Assembly (NCBI GenBank): GCA_963842945.1
Contig: CAWJIM010000023.1
Coordinates: 96,001 to 160,000, forward strand
Direction of reading: 5' to 3'
Source: an uncultured Gemmatimonadales bacterium
GTDB lineage: Bacteria; Gemmatimonadota; Gemmatimonadetes; Gemmatimonadales; GWC2-71-9
DNA: 64,000 bases
The notes under the pieces are model-generated. The model had not been told where the DNA came from. It saw only the letters and a program-made list of their open reading frames with translations, and made no database searches. Positions 1 to 10,506 of the stretch are shown here, in pieces. The number at the start of each line of letters is the position of its first letter. The stretch's first letter is position 1. The position numbers were made by a program, and so were the translations under genes.

Positions 1-2
1 GC

Positions 3-548
3 TTTGTCGCGGTTGCCACTGGCGCTGATCCCGACAACCGTCCGCCGGAGGCGGATTTCAACTGGCACTGCGACCAGCTGGTCTGCCAGCTCACCGATGC
101 CAGCAGCGATCCGGACGGCACCGTGAGCGCCTGGAGCTGGCAATTCGGCGACGGAAACGGATCGGATCAGACCAACCCACTGCACGCCTACGTTGCTCCC
201 GGCACTTATACGGTAACGCTTACCGTCAGCGACAACGGCGGCGCCACCGCTCAGACGTCTACCGACATCGAGGTCTCGGCTGCTCCCCCACCGCCGAGCA
301 ATGAGCCGCCCCGCGCCGAGTTCGAGGTCCACTGTCACGACCGCTTCTGCAGCTTCGGCGATGAGAGCAGGGACGATGATGGCAACGTGGTGAGCTGGGC
401 CTGGGACTTCGGCGACGGGCAAAGCTCGGACCAGCGCAGCCCCTTCCACTTCTATGGCGATGAGGGTCACTACGACGTGACCCTCACCGTGACCGACAAC
501 GATGGTGCATCCGACAGCAAGACCCACACGGTCGACGCCAAGCACTGA
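3..548 (+). CDS. PKD-domain surface protein, 5' end outside window
   Basis: Two PKD repeats (WSWQFGDG..H.Y..PGTYTVTLTV; WAWDFGDG..GHYDVTLTVTD). Frame is open back to the window start. Confidence 0.85.
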   Translation, partial: FVAVATGADPDNRPPEADFNWHCDQLVCQLTDASSDPDGTVSAWSWQFGDGNGSDQTNPLHAYVAPGTYTVTLTVSDNGGATAQTSTDIEVSAAPPPPSNEPPRAEFEVHCHDRFCSFGDESRDDDGNVVSWAWDFGDGQSSDQRSPFHFYGDEGHYDVTLTVTDNDGASDSKTHTVDAKH

Positions 549-550
549 GG

Positions 551-1605
551 CTAAGTAGCGAGCTCCCGCCCACTGGATCGCTCCCAGTTCACAAAGAGTA
601 CGCCACCTGGCGCGTCGAACGGCGCCTCCCCCTTGGCCGGCGTGACCTGCAGCTGCAGCTCGTCGATCTTGTTCTTCGAACAGTCCCAGCAGCTCAGGGC
701 AAAATCCCCCTCTCGCCGGGTGCGCGAAAGGAGCATCACGTGGACCTGCGCGTTGCTGCTGACCAGGCTGCCGTTCCGGTACAGGTGACCGATTGACCAC
801 AACGCGACAGCGCTGTTGATCGTCGGGACCAGGGGCGTGTGTACCGTCGTGATCCCATGATAGTAGAGGCCCATGATCACGCCGCCGAATCTGGGATGGT
901 GGGGCACGTCCTTGGTCTGCACTTGATCGAGCACCAGCTTCCATCGAGCGGCATCTTTCGTGGTGAACTCTGCAATGCCGTTCACCGAGTCCTCCGCCGC
1001 GCCCTTGTCCCAGGCAGTCAAACTGAAGCTTCCCGCTATTGGCGCCACGTTGTTCGAGTACGGGCCTGACTGTGCCTGAGCCTCCAGGGTTGTGCGCTCC
1101 TCGCCGAACGCGGGAAGGACCGAGGCGAGACTATCGGCAAAGGGAAACGGGCCGGGAAGAATCTGAATGACTGTCCCTCCGCCGGCCACCCGGATGGCGT
1201 GAGTCTTGGGATCGTCCTTGGACGAGCGGCCGCCCACCGTGAGGTGAGTCTCCATCCCCAGTTTCTTGTGCGAATCATCTCCCACCGGGCAGTAGACCTC
1301 GTATGAGCCTGGCCTCAGGTTGAGCCGCAGTGTGGCGCTGGAGCCCGGCTGGATGAGCTCGGTCCGCTGCTCGATCCCATTGCCCTCGATCTCGAGCTGA
1401 TGCGGGATGCTGCCCGCATTCTCCACCGTAACGGCCACCGGACCCCCGGCGAGCGTTGCCGGGACAGCTCGACCTTCCACTCTGAGAGGGTGGCGTGCAG
1501 CTGCGCAGTCCTCTCCATCGGCAGTCTCAAATGGGGTACGAACAGTATCGCTCCAACGACAAGGGATGCGGCGCTGGGTAATATGCGGAGGTATCTTCGG
1601 GTCAT
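551..1605 (-). CDS. Exported cupredoxin-domain fusion protein (frameshift near 1460)
   Basis: Signal-like N-terminus in ORF 1315-1605; H..YCPVGDDSHKKLGM type-1 copper ligand pattern; unknown C-terminal domain with HHPRFGG and CWDC. Confidence 0.7.
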
Positions 1606-1645
1606 ACCGGTCTCCTGCCGAGGTGGAGTTGACGTGCTCGGAACG

Positions 1646-1703
1646 AAGACCGTTGAAATCGGGGGGTTATTCCCGGGAATAGATCGCGCTTGAGCGGAGT
1701 CTT
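1646..1703. promoter_or_regulatory. Two back-to-back ECF-type promoters GGAATA-N17-GTCTT
   Basis: Plus strand: GGAATA 1676-1681 and GTCTT 1699-1703. Minus strand: TATTCC 1668-1673 and AAGAC 1646-1650. Both spacers are 17 nt. Confidence 0.75.
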
Positions 1704-1739
1704 ATCAGCAGAGCATCCAGGCTGTCAGCCAGGAGGACC

Positions 1740-2273
1740 GTGGAGCCGACCGAGCTGAGACGATTCGAGGCGACTGTGCTGCCGCACCTGGATGCGGCGT
1801 ATACGCTGGCGCGATACCTCCTGCAGAACGAGGAAGACGCGAGGGATGTGGTGCAGGATACTTACCTCCGGGCTCTGAAGTATTTCGGCGGGTTCCGAGG
1901 CACCAGTGCAGGAGAAGGCCGCCCCTGGCTGCTGGCCATCGTCCGCAACACCGCGTTCAGCCGACGGCATCGTGACAGGCACGGAGCCGCGATCACCGAA
2001 TTCGACGAGCAGCTCCACAGTGACGCAGTCGAAAATGTCCACCCCGAATCCGAGCTCCTCGGATCTGATGCCCGCGAATCATTACATCAAGCCATCGATA
2101 ATCTGCCGCTTGAATTCCGTGAGGTCATCATCCTGCGCGAGCTGGAAGGGATGTCGTACAAGGAGATCGGAGAAGTGACCGGGGTACCACTCGGGACGGT
2201 GATGTCCCGCCTGGCCCGCGCCCGAGACCGACTGCAACGGGCACTCTCGGCCGAGCGGAGGGGCGTGCGATGA
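1740..2273 (+). CDS. ECF sigma-70 factor
   Basis: Region 2 [21 protein letters not shown]; region 4 [33 protein letters not shown]. Confidence 0.95.
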   Translation: MEPTELRRFEATVLPHLDAAYTLARYLLQNEEDARDVVQDTYLRALKYFGGFRGTSAGEGRPWLLAIVRNTAFSRRHRDRHGAAITEFDEQLHSDAVENVHPESELLGSDARESLHQAIDNLPLEFREVIILRELEGMSYKEIGEVTGVPLGTVMSRLARARDRLQRALSAERRGVR

Positions 2274-3049
2274 CCCACGAGGAAATGCAGCTACAGGTCG
2301 ATGCGTATCTGGACGGAGAGCTGGCGTCGCAAGATGCCCGGGAGCTCGAGGCGCATCTCCAGAGATGCGCGGAATGCTCCGCCCGGCGGGACGCCCGAGT
2401 GGCTTTGAGCACCGCAGTCCGGAGAGAGACGCCGCCCCTGAACGCACCCAAGGAGCTGAAGAGCCGTATACGTCAGGCGCTGACCGCGGCCGGCGGAGTT
2501 CAGACCGTCCGCCGGAGACCAGTGCCCCCCGCCTGGCGCTGGGTCGGTCTGGCGGCCTGCCTGGCCGTCGCCGCCCTGGGCGGCTGGCGGGTCGGTGTGC
2601 GTCGAGCGGCGGACACCACGCTCACCGACCAGCTACTCGCGAGCCATGTCAGATCTCTCATGCCGGGTCATCTCACCGACGTAGTCTCATCCGACCAGCA
2701 CACGGTCAAGCCCTGGTTCAATGGCAAGCTGGACTTCTCCCCGCCGGTCCACGATCTCGCCGCGCAGGGGTATCCGCTGGTCGGGGGGCGAATGGATTAT
2801 GTCGCTGGCCGTCCCGTAGCCGCGCTCGTCTATCAGCGGCGGCAGCACGTGATCAACGTCTTCCTGTGGCCTGCAACGCAGGAGGCAGCAGGAGAACGCA
2901 CACCGGTCACCCGGCAGGGGTATCATCTGTTGGGCTGGACCGGCGGCGGCTACGAGTGCTGGGTGGTATCGGATCTCGGCACCGTCCCACTCACCGAGTT
3001 TGCCGGACTCCTGGGCCAACAGGAGGGCGCCGGCCAATGGAAGCCTTAG
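2270..3049 (+). CDS. Membrane anti-sigma factor (zf-HC2)
   Basis: HLQRCAEC motif, TM helix, periplasmic [28 protein letters not shown] overlap with the sigma gene. Confidence 0.9.
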   Translation: MTHEEMQLQVDAYLDGELASQDARELEAHLQRCAECSARRDARVALSTAVRRETPPLNAPKELKSRIRQALTAAGGVQTVRRRPVPPAWRWVGLAACLAVAALGGWRVGVRRAADTTLTDQLLASHVRSLMPGHLTDVVSSDQHTVKPWFNGKLDFSPPVHDLAAQGYPLVGGRMDYVAGRPVAALVYQRRQHVINVFLWPATQEAAGERTPVTRQGYHLLGWTGGGYECWVVSDLGTVPLTEFAGLLGQQEGAGQWKP

Positions 3050-3091
3050 AAGATCATCTAGCGTGAGCTGAGGCCGGCAGTTGAGGGCTGA

Positions 3092-4031
3092 TCAGGGGAG
3101 AGCGACGGCACCGTCCGCATGAACCCGGAGCGACGAGCCCGCCTCCGGCGGGGCGACACCAGGAGGTAGCCGCAGGTCGACGCGGTCCAGGCCCACCACA
3201 CCAACCACATGCAGGTGATTGCCCATGTCGATCACCTGTTCGACCTCCACCTCAAAAGGAATCGGGCCGTTCCCAACACGGAGACTGCCCAGCGGAATCG
3301 CGAGGAGCTGTCCGTTTACCGGCAGCACCGTGTAGCCCAGGAGCTCGGCGGTCGCACGATCTGGAGGATGGGCGTATACCGAGCCTTTGATCCCTGCCGC
3401 ACTGACTTCTCCCCCCACCAGCACCACCAGCCTATCGGCCAGGCGAAACGCCTCCTCTCGGTCGTGGGTCACCAGAATGACGGTCGCAGTGAACTTGGCG
3501 AGCAGCTTGGGCAACTCTGCCAGGAGCTGGATTCGCGTGATCCGGTCCACTCCGGACAGCGGCTCATCCAGCAGTGTGACCGGAGCTCGAAGCGCGAGGG
3601 CCCGGGCCAGATTGACTCGCTGAGCCTCGCCTCGAGACAACAGTCGCGCAGAGCCGATCCAGCAGATGGGCCACTCCACAATCCTCGGCCGCCTCTTCCA
3701 AGCGGGTTCTGCGCTCCACTCGCGGGACCTCGCGGAGGCGGAGCGCAAGATCGAGGTTGTCACGCACGGTGCCCCGAAGAAAGACAGCATTCTGAAACGA
3801 CATGCCGACCAGCCGCCAAGCGGGCTCCCGGTCGGCCGGAAGCCCGCCCAATCGTACCTCGCCCCGTGCAGGCCGATCCAGTCCAGCGATCGCGCGGAGC
3901 AGCGTCGTCTTTCCTGAGCCGTTGGGGCCGAACACCGCGGTGATGGTGCCGCGAGGGAATCTCAGTCCTGAGATCTGCAGTACCGTGCGGCCGTTTCTGA
4001 CAAGCTGAAGATTGGTGACCGAGATATCCAT
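3092..4031 (-). CDS. tupC: Tungstate/molybdate ABC transporter ATPase (frameshifted)
   Basis: Walker A GPNGSGKTT, LSRGEAQRV signature, LLDEP, VTHD; split over two frames. Confidence 0.75.
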
Positions 4032-4702
4032 CAGCCGCGCTGCTGCTGAATGACAGTGAGCCAGATATTCACCCCGAACGCCAGAGCCAGGAGCATGAGC
4101 CCGAGCGCCAGGGCCACTGAGAGATTGCCCCGCCCCGTCTCGGTCACGATGGCCGTGGTGAGCACCCGGGTGCTGCCCCGAAGATTCCCGCCCACCGTCA
4201 TCGAGGCCCCCACCTCGGAGATTACGGCGCCGAACGCCGCCATGATTGCGGCCAGCAGTCCGAGCCGCGCCTCCCCCGCGATGATCCACAGCCGGCGTAT
4301 TCGGCCGGCGCCCAGGGTGTGGAGTAGATCGGGCAGCTCTACCGGGAGCGCCTGGATCGACGCCGCCGCAAACCCGACGACCAGCGGGGTGGCGATCACG
4401 AACTGCGCCAGAATCATCGCTTGCTTGGTGTAAATGAGATCGAGTGAGCCGAATGGCCCGCTTCGGGTGAGCAGCAGCCATACGATCAAACCCACAACCA
4501 CCGGCGGTATTCCCATCCCGGTGTTGACCGCACTCAACAGAACGGTGCGCCCGGGAAATCTCCCACGCGCGAGAGCATAGCCCAGAGGGATTCCCACCAC
4601 CATGGCGAGCAACGATGCCGCGGCGGAAATGGCCAGGGAGCGGAAGATGATCCGATACAGCTCGGTGTCGCCGGTGAGCAGCAGGCGAAACGCTTCCTTC
4701 AT
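4031..4702 (-). CDS. tupB: Tungstate ABC transporter permease
   Basis: NTGMGIPPVVVGL, ISEVGASMTVGGN..TRVLTTAIV motifs. Confidence 0.85.
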   Translation of the reverse strand: MKEAFRLLLTGDTELYRIIFRSLAISAAASLLAMVVGIPLGYALARGRFPGRTVLLSAVNTGMGIPPVVVGLIVWLLLTRSGPFGSLDLIYTKQAMILAQFVIATPLVVGFAAASIQALPVELPDLLHTLGAGRIRRLWIIAGEARLGLLAAIMAAFGAVISEVGASMTVGGNLRGSTRVLTTAIVTETGRGNLSVALALGLMLLALAFGVNIWLTVIQQQRG

Positions 4703-4704
4703 GG

Positions 4705-5533
4705 TCAGGTCACTCCGGCATCGGGCACGAACAGCGGCTGACCGTACTTCTCCCGGCCGAACTGCCCGATCCATTCCTGAGTCTTCGGCTCGATAAGAAA
4801 GCGCACGAAGCGGGAGGCCTCCGTCCGCTTGGCGGTAGGGTGCTTACCGGGATTGACCACATAGGCGTGATACGATGTTCCGCAACTCCGGGTCGCCTTC
4901 CACCAAAGGCACCAGAGTGAGCTTGTCCTTGAACGCGAGGTAGGTGCCCCGATCGGTCAAGGTGTAGGTCTGCCGCTGCTCGGCGACCAGCAGCGTCGCG
5001 CCCATCCCCTGGCCAGTCTCTTCCCGCCTGGGCAGAGAGGAGGGCGAGACGCCCGCTTCCTTCCACAGCGCCAGCTCCTTCTTCTCGGTACCGGATCCGT
5101 CGCCCCGGGAAACGAACGCGCCCGCCGAGGCGATGGCTTTCATCGCCAGGGCGGCCTTCTTCTCTCCTCGCACCCGGGCCGGATCGCTCTTGGGACCGAT
5201 GATGAGAAAGTCGTTGTGCATGATGAGCCGGCCTTCGATCAGGTCGCCGCTCTCGACGTACGCCTTCTCCGCCTCCGGCGCGTGGACCAGCACCGCGTCG
5301 GCGTCTCCTCGCCGCGCCATCTCCAGTGCGGCTCCGGTACCCACGGCGATCGGTTTCACCGAGATGCAGCTTTCCCGCTGGAACATTGGAAGCAGGGAGT
5401 CGAGCAATCCGGTGTCCTGAGTGCTGGTCGTCGTCGCCAGGACGATGTCGCTGCATTTCCCCTGGGCCGACAGCGTAGGGACGGAGAGGAGGGAAAGGAG
5501 CGCAAAGACCGAGCCTAGGAAGGAGCGATTCAT
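4705..5533 (-). CDS. tupA: Tungstate-binding periplasmic protein (frameshift near 4870)
   Basis: ATTTSTQDTGLL, VGTGAAL, FVSRGDGSGT, GQGMGATL, YTLTDRGTY. Confidence 0.88.
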
Positions 5534-5540
5534 GAGGGCC

Positions 5541-6497
5541 TCAGAAGATGACTTGGGCTTGGGCCAGCGCGAGACTCTTGCGGACTCCCGGCTCGCCCAC
5601 CTCTCGGCTGACGTACTCGAGAGTGAACCGGGTGGCGCGGCCCCAGGGGAAGAGATTGACCGCCGCGGTCCAGGCCCGGTTCTTCAATGTTCCGGTTGGG
5701 GCAATGCCGCCGCGGTCGAACCACTCGTACTTGAGCACCGGCTGAAGCCAGGGACGCAGCGGTGCCGCGGCCAGGGCGTACCAGCCCTGGTCGTCGTCGA
5801 CACCGAGCTCGTCCCGATGCTGGCCGATGTACTCGCCCCGAAGAATGATCCAGGGCGCCTCAATGCTCGCATCCACCCCATATCGAGTGCTGTCGCCGAA
5901 GTAGTGGGCGGCGTTGACCCCCAACAGCAGATAGGGCGCGGGCCGGAATGCCAATCGAGCCACGGCCAGGGCCGAAGAGTCGGTGTTGGCCGTGATGTTC
6001 TGGCCCTCGCCGTTGAAGACGCCGGCCAGGATCAGCCCCCGGCCGCCGAAGGCGTAGTCGGCCATGAGGCCGATGTCGCGCTTGGGCGCCAGCGAGTCCA
6101 CCACCGTCGAGCGGTCGGCGGTCTCGACTTCAGGCAGCGAGGTGATGTACTCGCGGGTGAACGGGGTCTTGAATTGTCCCACCTGGATGCCCAGGGCGTT
6201 GTGGGCCCAGCGCACGTAGGCGTCCTGCAGGGCGACGCTCGCCCTGCCGGTCCCCACGTTGCCGGTACGGAACTCGCCCTGAATCCGCCAGGTCACGTCG
6301 CCAAGGACAGCGCCGGCTGCGGTTAATCGGGCGCGATTGAGAGTTGCGGTGAGGCCCACTTCGTCCTGATACGTCTCCCGGCCCTGGATGTAGCCGCTCA
6401 GCTTGACTGAGGGAGCGGGTGCGCTGGATGTCTGGGCGGAAGCGCGCGATACGAACAGCAAAACCGGCGGCAGGAAGAGCGCGAATCGGGCGAGCAT
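5541..6497 (-). CDS. Porin (OprO/OprP-like)
   Basis: Signal peptide, LQDAYV..GQFKTPF..RDIGL pattern, C-terminal Phe. Confidence 0.75.
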   Translation of the reverse strand: MLARFALFLPPVLLFVSRASAQTSSAPAPSVKLSGYIQGRETYQDEVGLTATLNRARLTAAGAVLGDVTWRIQGEFRTGNVGTGRASVALQDAYVRWAHNALGIQVGQFKTPFTREYITSLPEVETADRSTVVDSLAPKRDIGLMADYAFGGRGLILAGVFNGEGQNITANTDSSALAVARLAFRPAPYLLLGVNAAHYFGDSTRYGVDASIEAPWIILRGEYIGQHRDELGVDDDQGWYALAAAPLRPWLQPVLKYEWFDRGGIAPTGTLKNRAWTAAVNLFPWGRATRFTLEYVSREVGEPGVRKSLALAQAQVIF

Positions 6498-6567
6498 GGG
6501 GCCCCTTTCGTCGAGGAGTACGTCGGGCCGAACGTACACCTTCCCGGAGCGTTAGGCAACGCAGTGC

Positions 6568-6936
6568 CTATCGCTCGAGGGCCCTCCGAAATGCGCGCTG
6601 GCTGTAGTCGGCCATGTCGCGCTGCCAGCGCTCGAAAATCGCGACCAGACGCCGTCCCTCGGCGCTCAGCTTCGCTCCACCGCCCGAGCTGCCCCCGCGC
6701 GAAGTCTCCAGCACTCGCCGCCCGAGGATGTCTTCCATTCGGCGAATCCGGTTGAGGCAGGTGCGATAGCTCCACCCCACGGTCTTCCCCGCCTGCCGTA
6801 TCGTCCCGCTCTCCTCTACTGCCCGCAGAAACCTGAAGTAGTTGGGGCCCATGAGGAATGAATTCCCCAGCGTAAACCAGATCTTGTGCCTGGGCCGGAG
6901 CGGCGTGGTTAGCCTCTGACGGGCTGTCTTGGCCAT
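6568..6936 (-). CDS. modE: ModE-like winged-helix regulator without molybdate-binding domain
   Basis: LRAVEESGTIRQAGKTVGWSYR..RGGSSGGGAKLS; lies upstream of the tup genes. Confidence 0.75.
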   Translation of the reverse strand: MAKTARQRLTTPLRPRHKIWFTLGNSFLMGPNYFRFLRAVEESGTIRQAGKTVGWSYRTCLNRIRRMEDILGRRVLETSRGGSSGGGAKLSAEGRRLVAIFERWQRDMADYSQRAFRRALER

Positions 6937-6950
6937 GGGAACGCTTCCTC

Positions 6951-8645
6951 CTACCCCGCTGGAAAGAGATGCGCCGACTGCGGAGGCGCGTCGGCCAGCT
7001 GATCCACTCTCTTTTCAATCTCGACGTCGGCGCCGGTGAGCCGGCCGTGGTGTTGTCGCAGATGCTCCTCCCAGGACGGCACGGTGTACTCCTCCACGAA
7101 CCGATTGGGGAACGCGCCGTCGCGGTACAGCTCCCAGCGAATCGCCCCGGTGCGGAGGCGGGACAGGCGGAGGTCCCGCATCGCCTGCAGAAATCGCTCC
7201 TGCCGCTCGGGAGCAACGGTGTAAGTCGTCGCCACCAGGACGGGCCCCGTGTCCTCTTCGGGTTCGATGCCCAGCTGCGGCTCGGGCCACGGCCGGGAGG
7301 GATCGCGATTCAAGCCCGAAATGTCGTACAGAGGCCAGCGCCAGAGCGTCGCGGCGGTCAGCAGCAACACCGCCGCCGCCAGCAGAAAAACGGTGACCAA
7401 CCCCACCGAGCCGGCGACCAGCCCCCAGCCCAGCGCCGCCGCGGCCTGCGAGCCGAAGAGCACGATCTGGAACGCGGCGAGGCCGCGCGCTCGCACCCAG
7501 CCCGGAAGAAACAGCTGAATCATGGCGTTCATGTTGGAGATGACCACCACCCAGGCCGCTCCCGCCGGCAGCAACGCCAGGAAGGCCGGGAGCGGATGTC
7601 GCACCAGCACGAGCACCGCCATGGCTCCGGCGTAGACAACACTCCCGGCCGCGAGCATTCGATTGGGCGTGAGCTTCGCGGTGAATCGCGGGATCAGGAC
7701 TGCGCCGGCCACCGCGCCCCCGCCCAGAGCGCCGAGCAGAAGACCGTAGCCGCCGGAGCCGAGGTGAAGCAGCCGGGTGGCCACCAGCGGCAACAGCGCC
7801 CAGACGGCGGTCGCCGGCGCGATGAACAGCCCGAGCCGTAAGAGAATCCGGCGGGTGATTGGCGAGTATCTGACGTAGCGGCCGCCGGCCCGGAGCGCGG
7901 GAAGGAAGCGCTCGGGTGCCTGCGCGGCGGCCTCGATCGGACGGCGCCACACCAGCAGCACCATGATCAGCAGAAGAAAGGCCGCCGTGTTGATCCCGAA
8001 TACCACGCCGACGCCGACCCGGGCGATCAGAACCCCCGCGATGGCGGGACCGATCGCCCGGGCCAGGTTGATGCTGATTCCGCTCAATGCGGAGGCGGAG
8101 GCAAGCTGCTCGCGGGGGACCAGCTCCGGGATCAGCGCCTGATAGGGGGGAATCGTCATCGCCGACACGGCGCCGAGCGCGAAGGTGAACGCTAGGAGCA
8201 GTGCCGGCGTCATGTGCCCGGTGAGAGTGAGCCCGGTGAGGCCGGCGCCGATCGCCACCTGGAGCAGTTGCAGGATGATGAGCAGCCGCCGGCGATCGAA
8301 CGCATCGGCCAGCGCGCCCGCGGGGAAGGCGAACAGCACGTCGGGCAGGGTGTCGGCGGTCTGCACCAGCGCGACCAGCGTCGCCGCGCCGGGCAGTCCT
8401 ACCAGAAGCCATTGAGCTCCGACCGTCTGCATCCAGGTGCCGATGTTGCTCATCAGCGCCGCGAGCCACAAGAGCCGAAAGACCCGCTGCCGGAGCGGAG
8501 CCCAGGGCGACAGCGGGGCAGCAGGGACGCGGGGAAGCGGGGAGGGAGAAGCGGTCAGGAGACGCTCGGCGCCAAGGATGACGGTTATAATGCCGAATGT
8601 CTTCGCCCGCTGCGACCCCCTTCCGGAACGCCCCCCACCATGCAA
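6951..8645 (-). CDS. MFS transporter (MFS_3-like) with soluble C-terminal domain; true start probably near 8558
   Basis: About 12 TM helices, AGALADAFDRRR motif A, C-terminal WEEHLRQH.R.T. Confidence 0.9.
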   Translation of the reverse strand: MHGGGRSGRGSQRAKTFGIITVILGAERLLTASPSPLPRVPAAPLSPWAPLRQRVFRLLWLAALMSNIGTWMQTVGAQWLLVGLPGAATLVALVQTADTLPDVLFAFPAGALADAFDRRRLLIILQLLQVAIGAGLTGLTLTGHMTPALLLAFTFALGAVSAMTIPPYQALIPELVPREQLASASALSGISINLARAIGPAIAGVLIARVGVGVVFGINTAAFLLLIMVLLVWRRPIEAAAQAPERFLPALRAGGRYVRYSPITRRILLRLGLFIAPATAVWALLPLVATRLLHLGSGGYGLLLGALGGGAVAGAVLIPRFTAKLTPNRMLAAGSVVYAGAMAVLVLVRHPLPAFLALLPAGAAWVVVISNMNAMIQLFLPGWVRARGLAAFQIVLFGSQAAAALGWGLVAGSVGLVTVFLLAAAVLLLTAATLWRWPLYDISGLNRDPSRPWPEPQLGIEPEEDTGPVLVATTYTVAPERQERFLQAMRDLRLSRLRTGAIRWELYRDGAFPNRFVEEYTVPSWEEHLRQHHGRLTGADVEIEKRVDQLADAPPQSAHLFPAG

Positions 8646-9530
8646 GCCGAGCCACTGCTCACCTGGTCTGAGCCGGTCCGCGAGTTCATCGGTTTCGCCT
8701 CCCTGTTCCTCGCCAACGGCGCAATCGGGTTCCGCTACGCCGCGGTGCGCGGCCGGCTCACCGAAGAAGGAGCCTCAGCGGAAGTACGGGCGGTCTACGA
8801 CCGTGCCACCCGACGGGCCGCCGGCTTGGGGTTACTCGGGGCGCTGATCCAGGCGGTGCTCCTGACGGTGCGGCTGCCTCATTTGGCAGAGCGGATGCAC
8901 CGGTCGGTGGGACAGCTGCTCACCAGCGATCCTCAGACCATCGCGCGATGCGTACTCCTGCTCGCCGCGATCGTGGGGCTCGCGTTGGCTCGGAGAAATT
9001 CCCGCAGCAGAGCCTGGCTGGTCGGGGCGGTGGGGTTGATTGGGGCACAGCTGACGGTGGTTCTGTCGGGCCGCTGGGTCGGCCTGGTGAATCCGGCTCA
9101 TCAGCTCTTTGGGAGCCTCTGGCTCGGCACGCTGCTGGTGCTGGTGCTGGCGGGATTCTCCAGCGTGCTGCGAGACGCGCCTCGGCTCAGAGGAACCATT
9201 GCGGCCGACATGGTGAACGGCTTCTCGCCGCTGGCGCTCACCGCGGCGCCCCTGCTGGTGGCCTCTGGGGTCACCACCGCCCTGCTCCACCTGCACCCCT
9301 TCTCCTCGCTCTACACCACGCCCTACGGCTATGCGCTGCTGGTGAAGCTCTGCTTCGTTGTCCTGGTCTTCATCCTGGGAGCCTGGAACTGGAGGCGGCA
9401 GCGGCCCCGGCTCGGCAGCGAGGAGGCCGCCGGCCGGATCCGCCGATCTTCGATCATGGAGCTGAGCGTGGCCACGATCGTGCTGATCGTGACCTCGATC
9501 CTGGTGAGTCTCCCCTCACCGAGGCACTAG
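8640..9530 (+). CDS. CopD-like membrane protein
   Basis: H..SLWLG, FS.LA, TTPYGYALLVKL, GAWNW motifs. Confidence 0.75.
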   Translation: MQAEPLLTWSEPVREFIGFASLFLANGAIGFRYAAVRGRLTEEGASAEVRAVYDRATRRAAGLGLLGALIQAVLLTVRLPHLAERMHRSVGQLLTSDPQTIARCVLLLAAIVGLALARRNSRSRAWLVGAVGLIGAQLTVVLSGRWVGLVNPAHQLFGSLWLGTLLVLVLAGFSSVLRDAPRLRGTIAADMVNGFSPLALTAAPLLVASGVTTALLHLHPFSSLYTTPYGYALLVKLCFVVLVFILGAWNWRRQRPRLGSEEAAGRIRRSSIMELSVATIVLIVTSILVSLPSPRH

Positions 9531-9531
9531 A

Positions 9532-10492
9532 TCAGACCTCGGCCGGGATCGGAATCTCTCCCTTGTGTACCGCCAGCCACTCCTCGAACGTCTGCAGCTC
9601 CGGGTTGAGCGACCGGCTGAACTCCAGGCTCCGCGCCCCGACGAAGTAGTCGTTGAAGTCGCGCTTGAACTGGAACATGTTGCCCAGGTCGTCGGCGCCG
9701 GGGAAGCCGAGGCTCCGGTACACCTCGGGCGGCACATTGTTGTAGCGCACCTCCTGGCCCAGCGCCTGGGTCAGCTGCCGTGCCATCTGGGTGCCGGTGA
9801 GGTGCTCGCCCGCAATGCCCACAGTCCGGTTGATGAATTCCCGTCCCCGTTTGAAGATCCCGTAGGCGCACTTCCCGATGTCCTCGACCGCGATACTGGC
9901 CAGCGGCTTGTCGTCCAACGGAAAGGTGATGGCGAGAACGCCGTCGGGTCCCCGCTGGGGGCCGGCGCCGAAGTAGATCAGGTTGTCCCAGTAGAACGAG
10001 GTGAGCAGGAACGTGGTCGGCACGCCCAGCTCCCGGAAGATCCCGTCGGCCTCGCCCTTGGCGTCGAAGTGCGGCACCTTGTACTTGCCCATCAGCGTCG
10101 GCATCCGGTCGTCCTCGAGCGGAACCCACTTGCGGGTGTCCTCCAGGGTGGACCAGATCACGTGCTGCAGGCCCGGCATCCTTGGCGGCCTGGGCCTGGT
10201 TTCTGGCCTGGGTAAGCTCCCGCTCGGGCGAGAAGTGCTCCCAGAAGTTGGTGAGACAGAAAGCGCCGTAAGCGCCGGTAAAGGCGCGGCGAATGCTCGC
10301 CGGATCGTCCGCGTCGCCGGCAACGACCTCGGCGCCGGCGTTCTTGAGGGCCTGGGCCTTCTCCGAGTCCGGCTTCCGGGTGATGGCGCGGACAGCGAAT
10401 CCACCGTTCCGGTCGGCCAGGATCGCGCGAGCCAGTCCCCCGCCCTGCGCACCGGTGGCGCCGACAACGGCAATGATCTTCTTCTCGGGCAT
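9532..10492 (-). CDS. NmrA/HSCARG-family NAD(P)-binding protein (frameshift near 10175)
   Basis: VVGATGAQGG, PHFDAKG, VEDIG. Confidence 0.9.
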
Positions 10493-10506
10493 GATGATTC
10501 TCCAGA

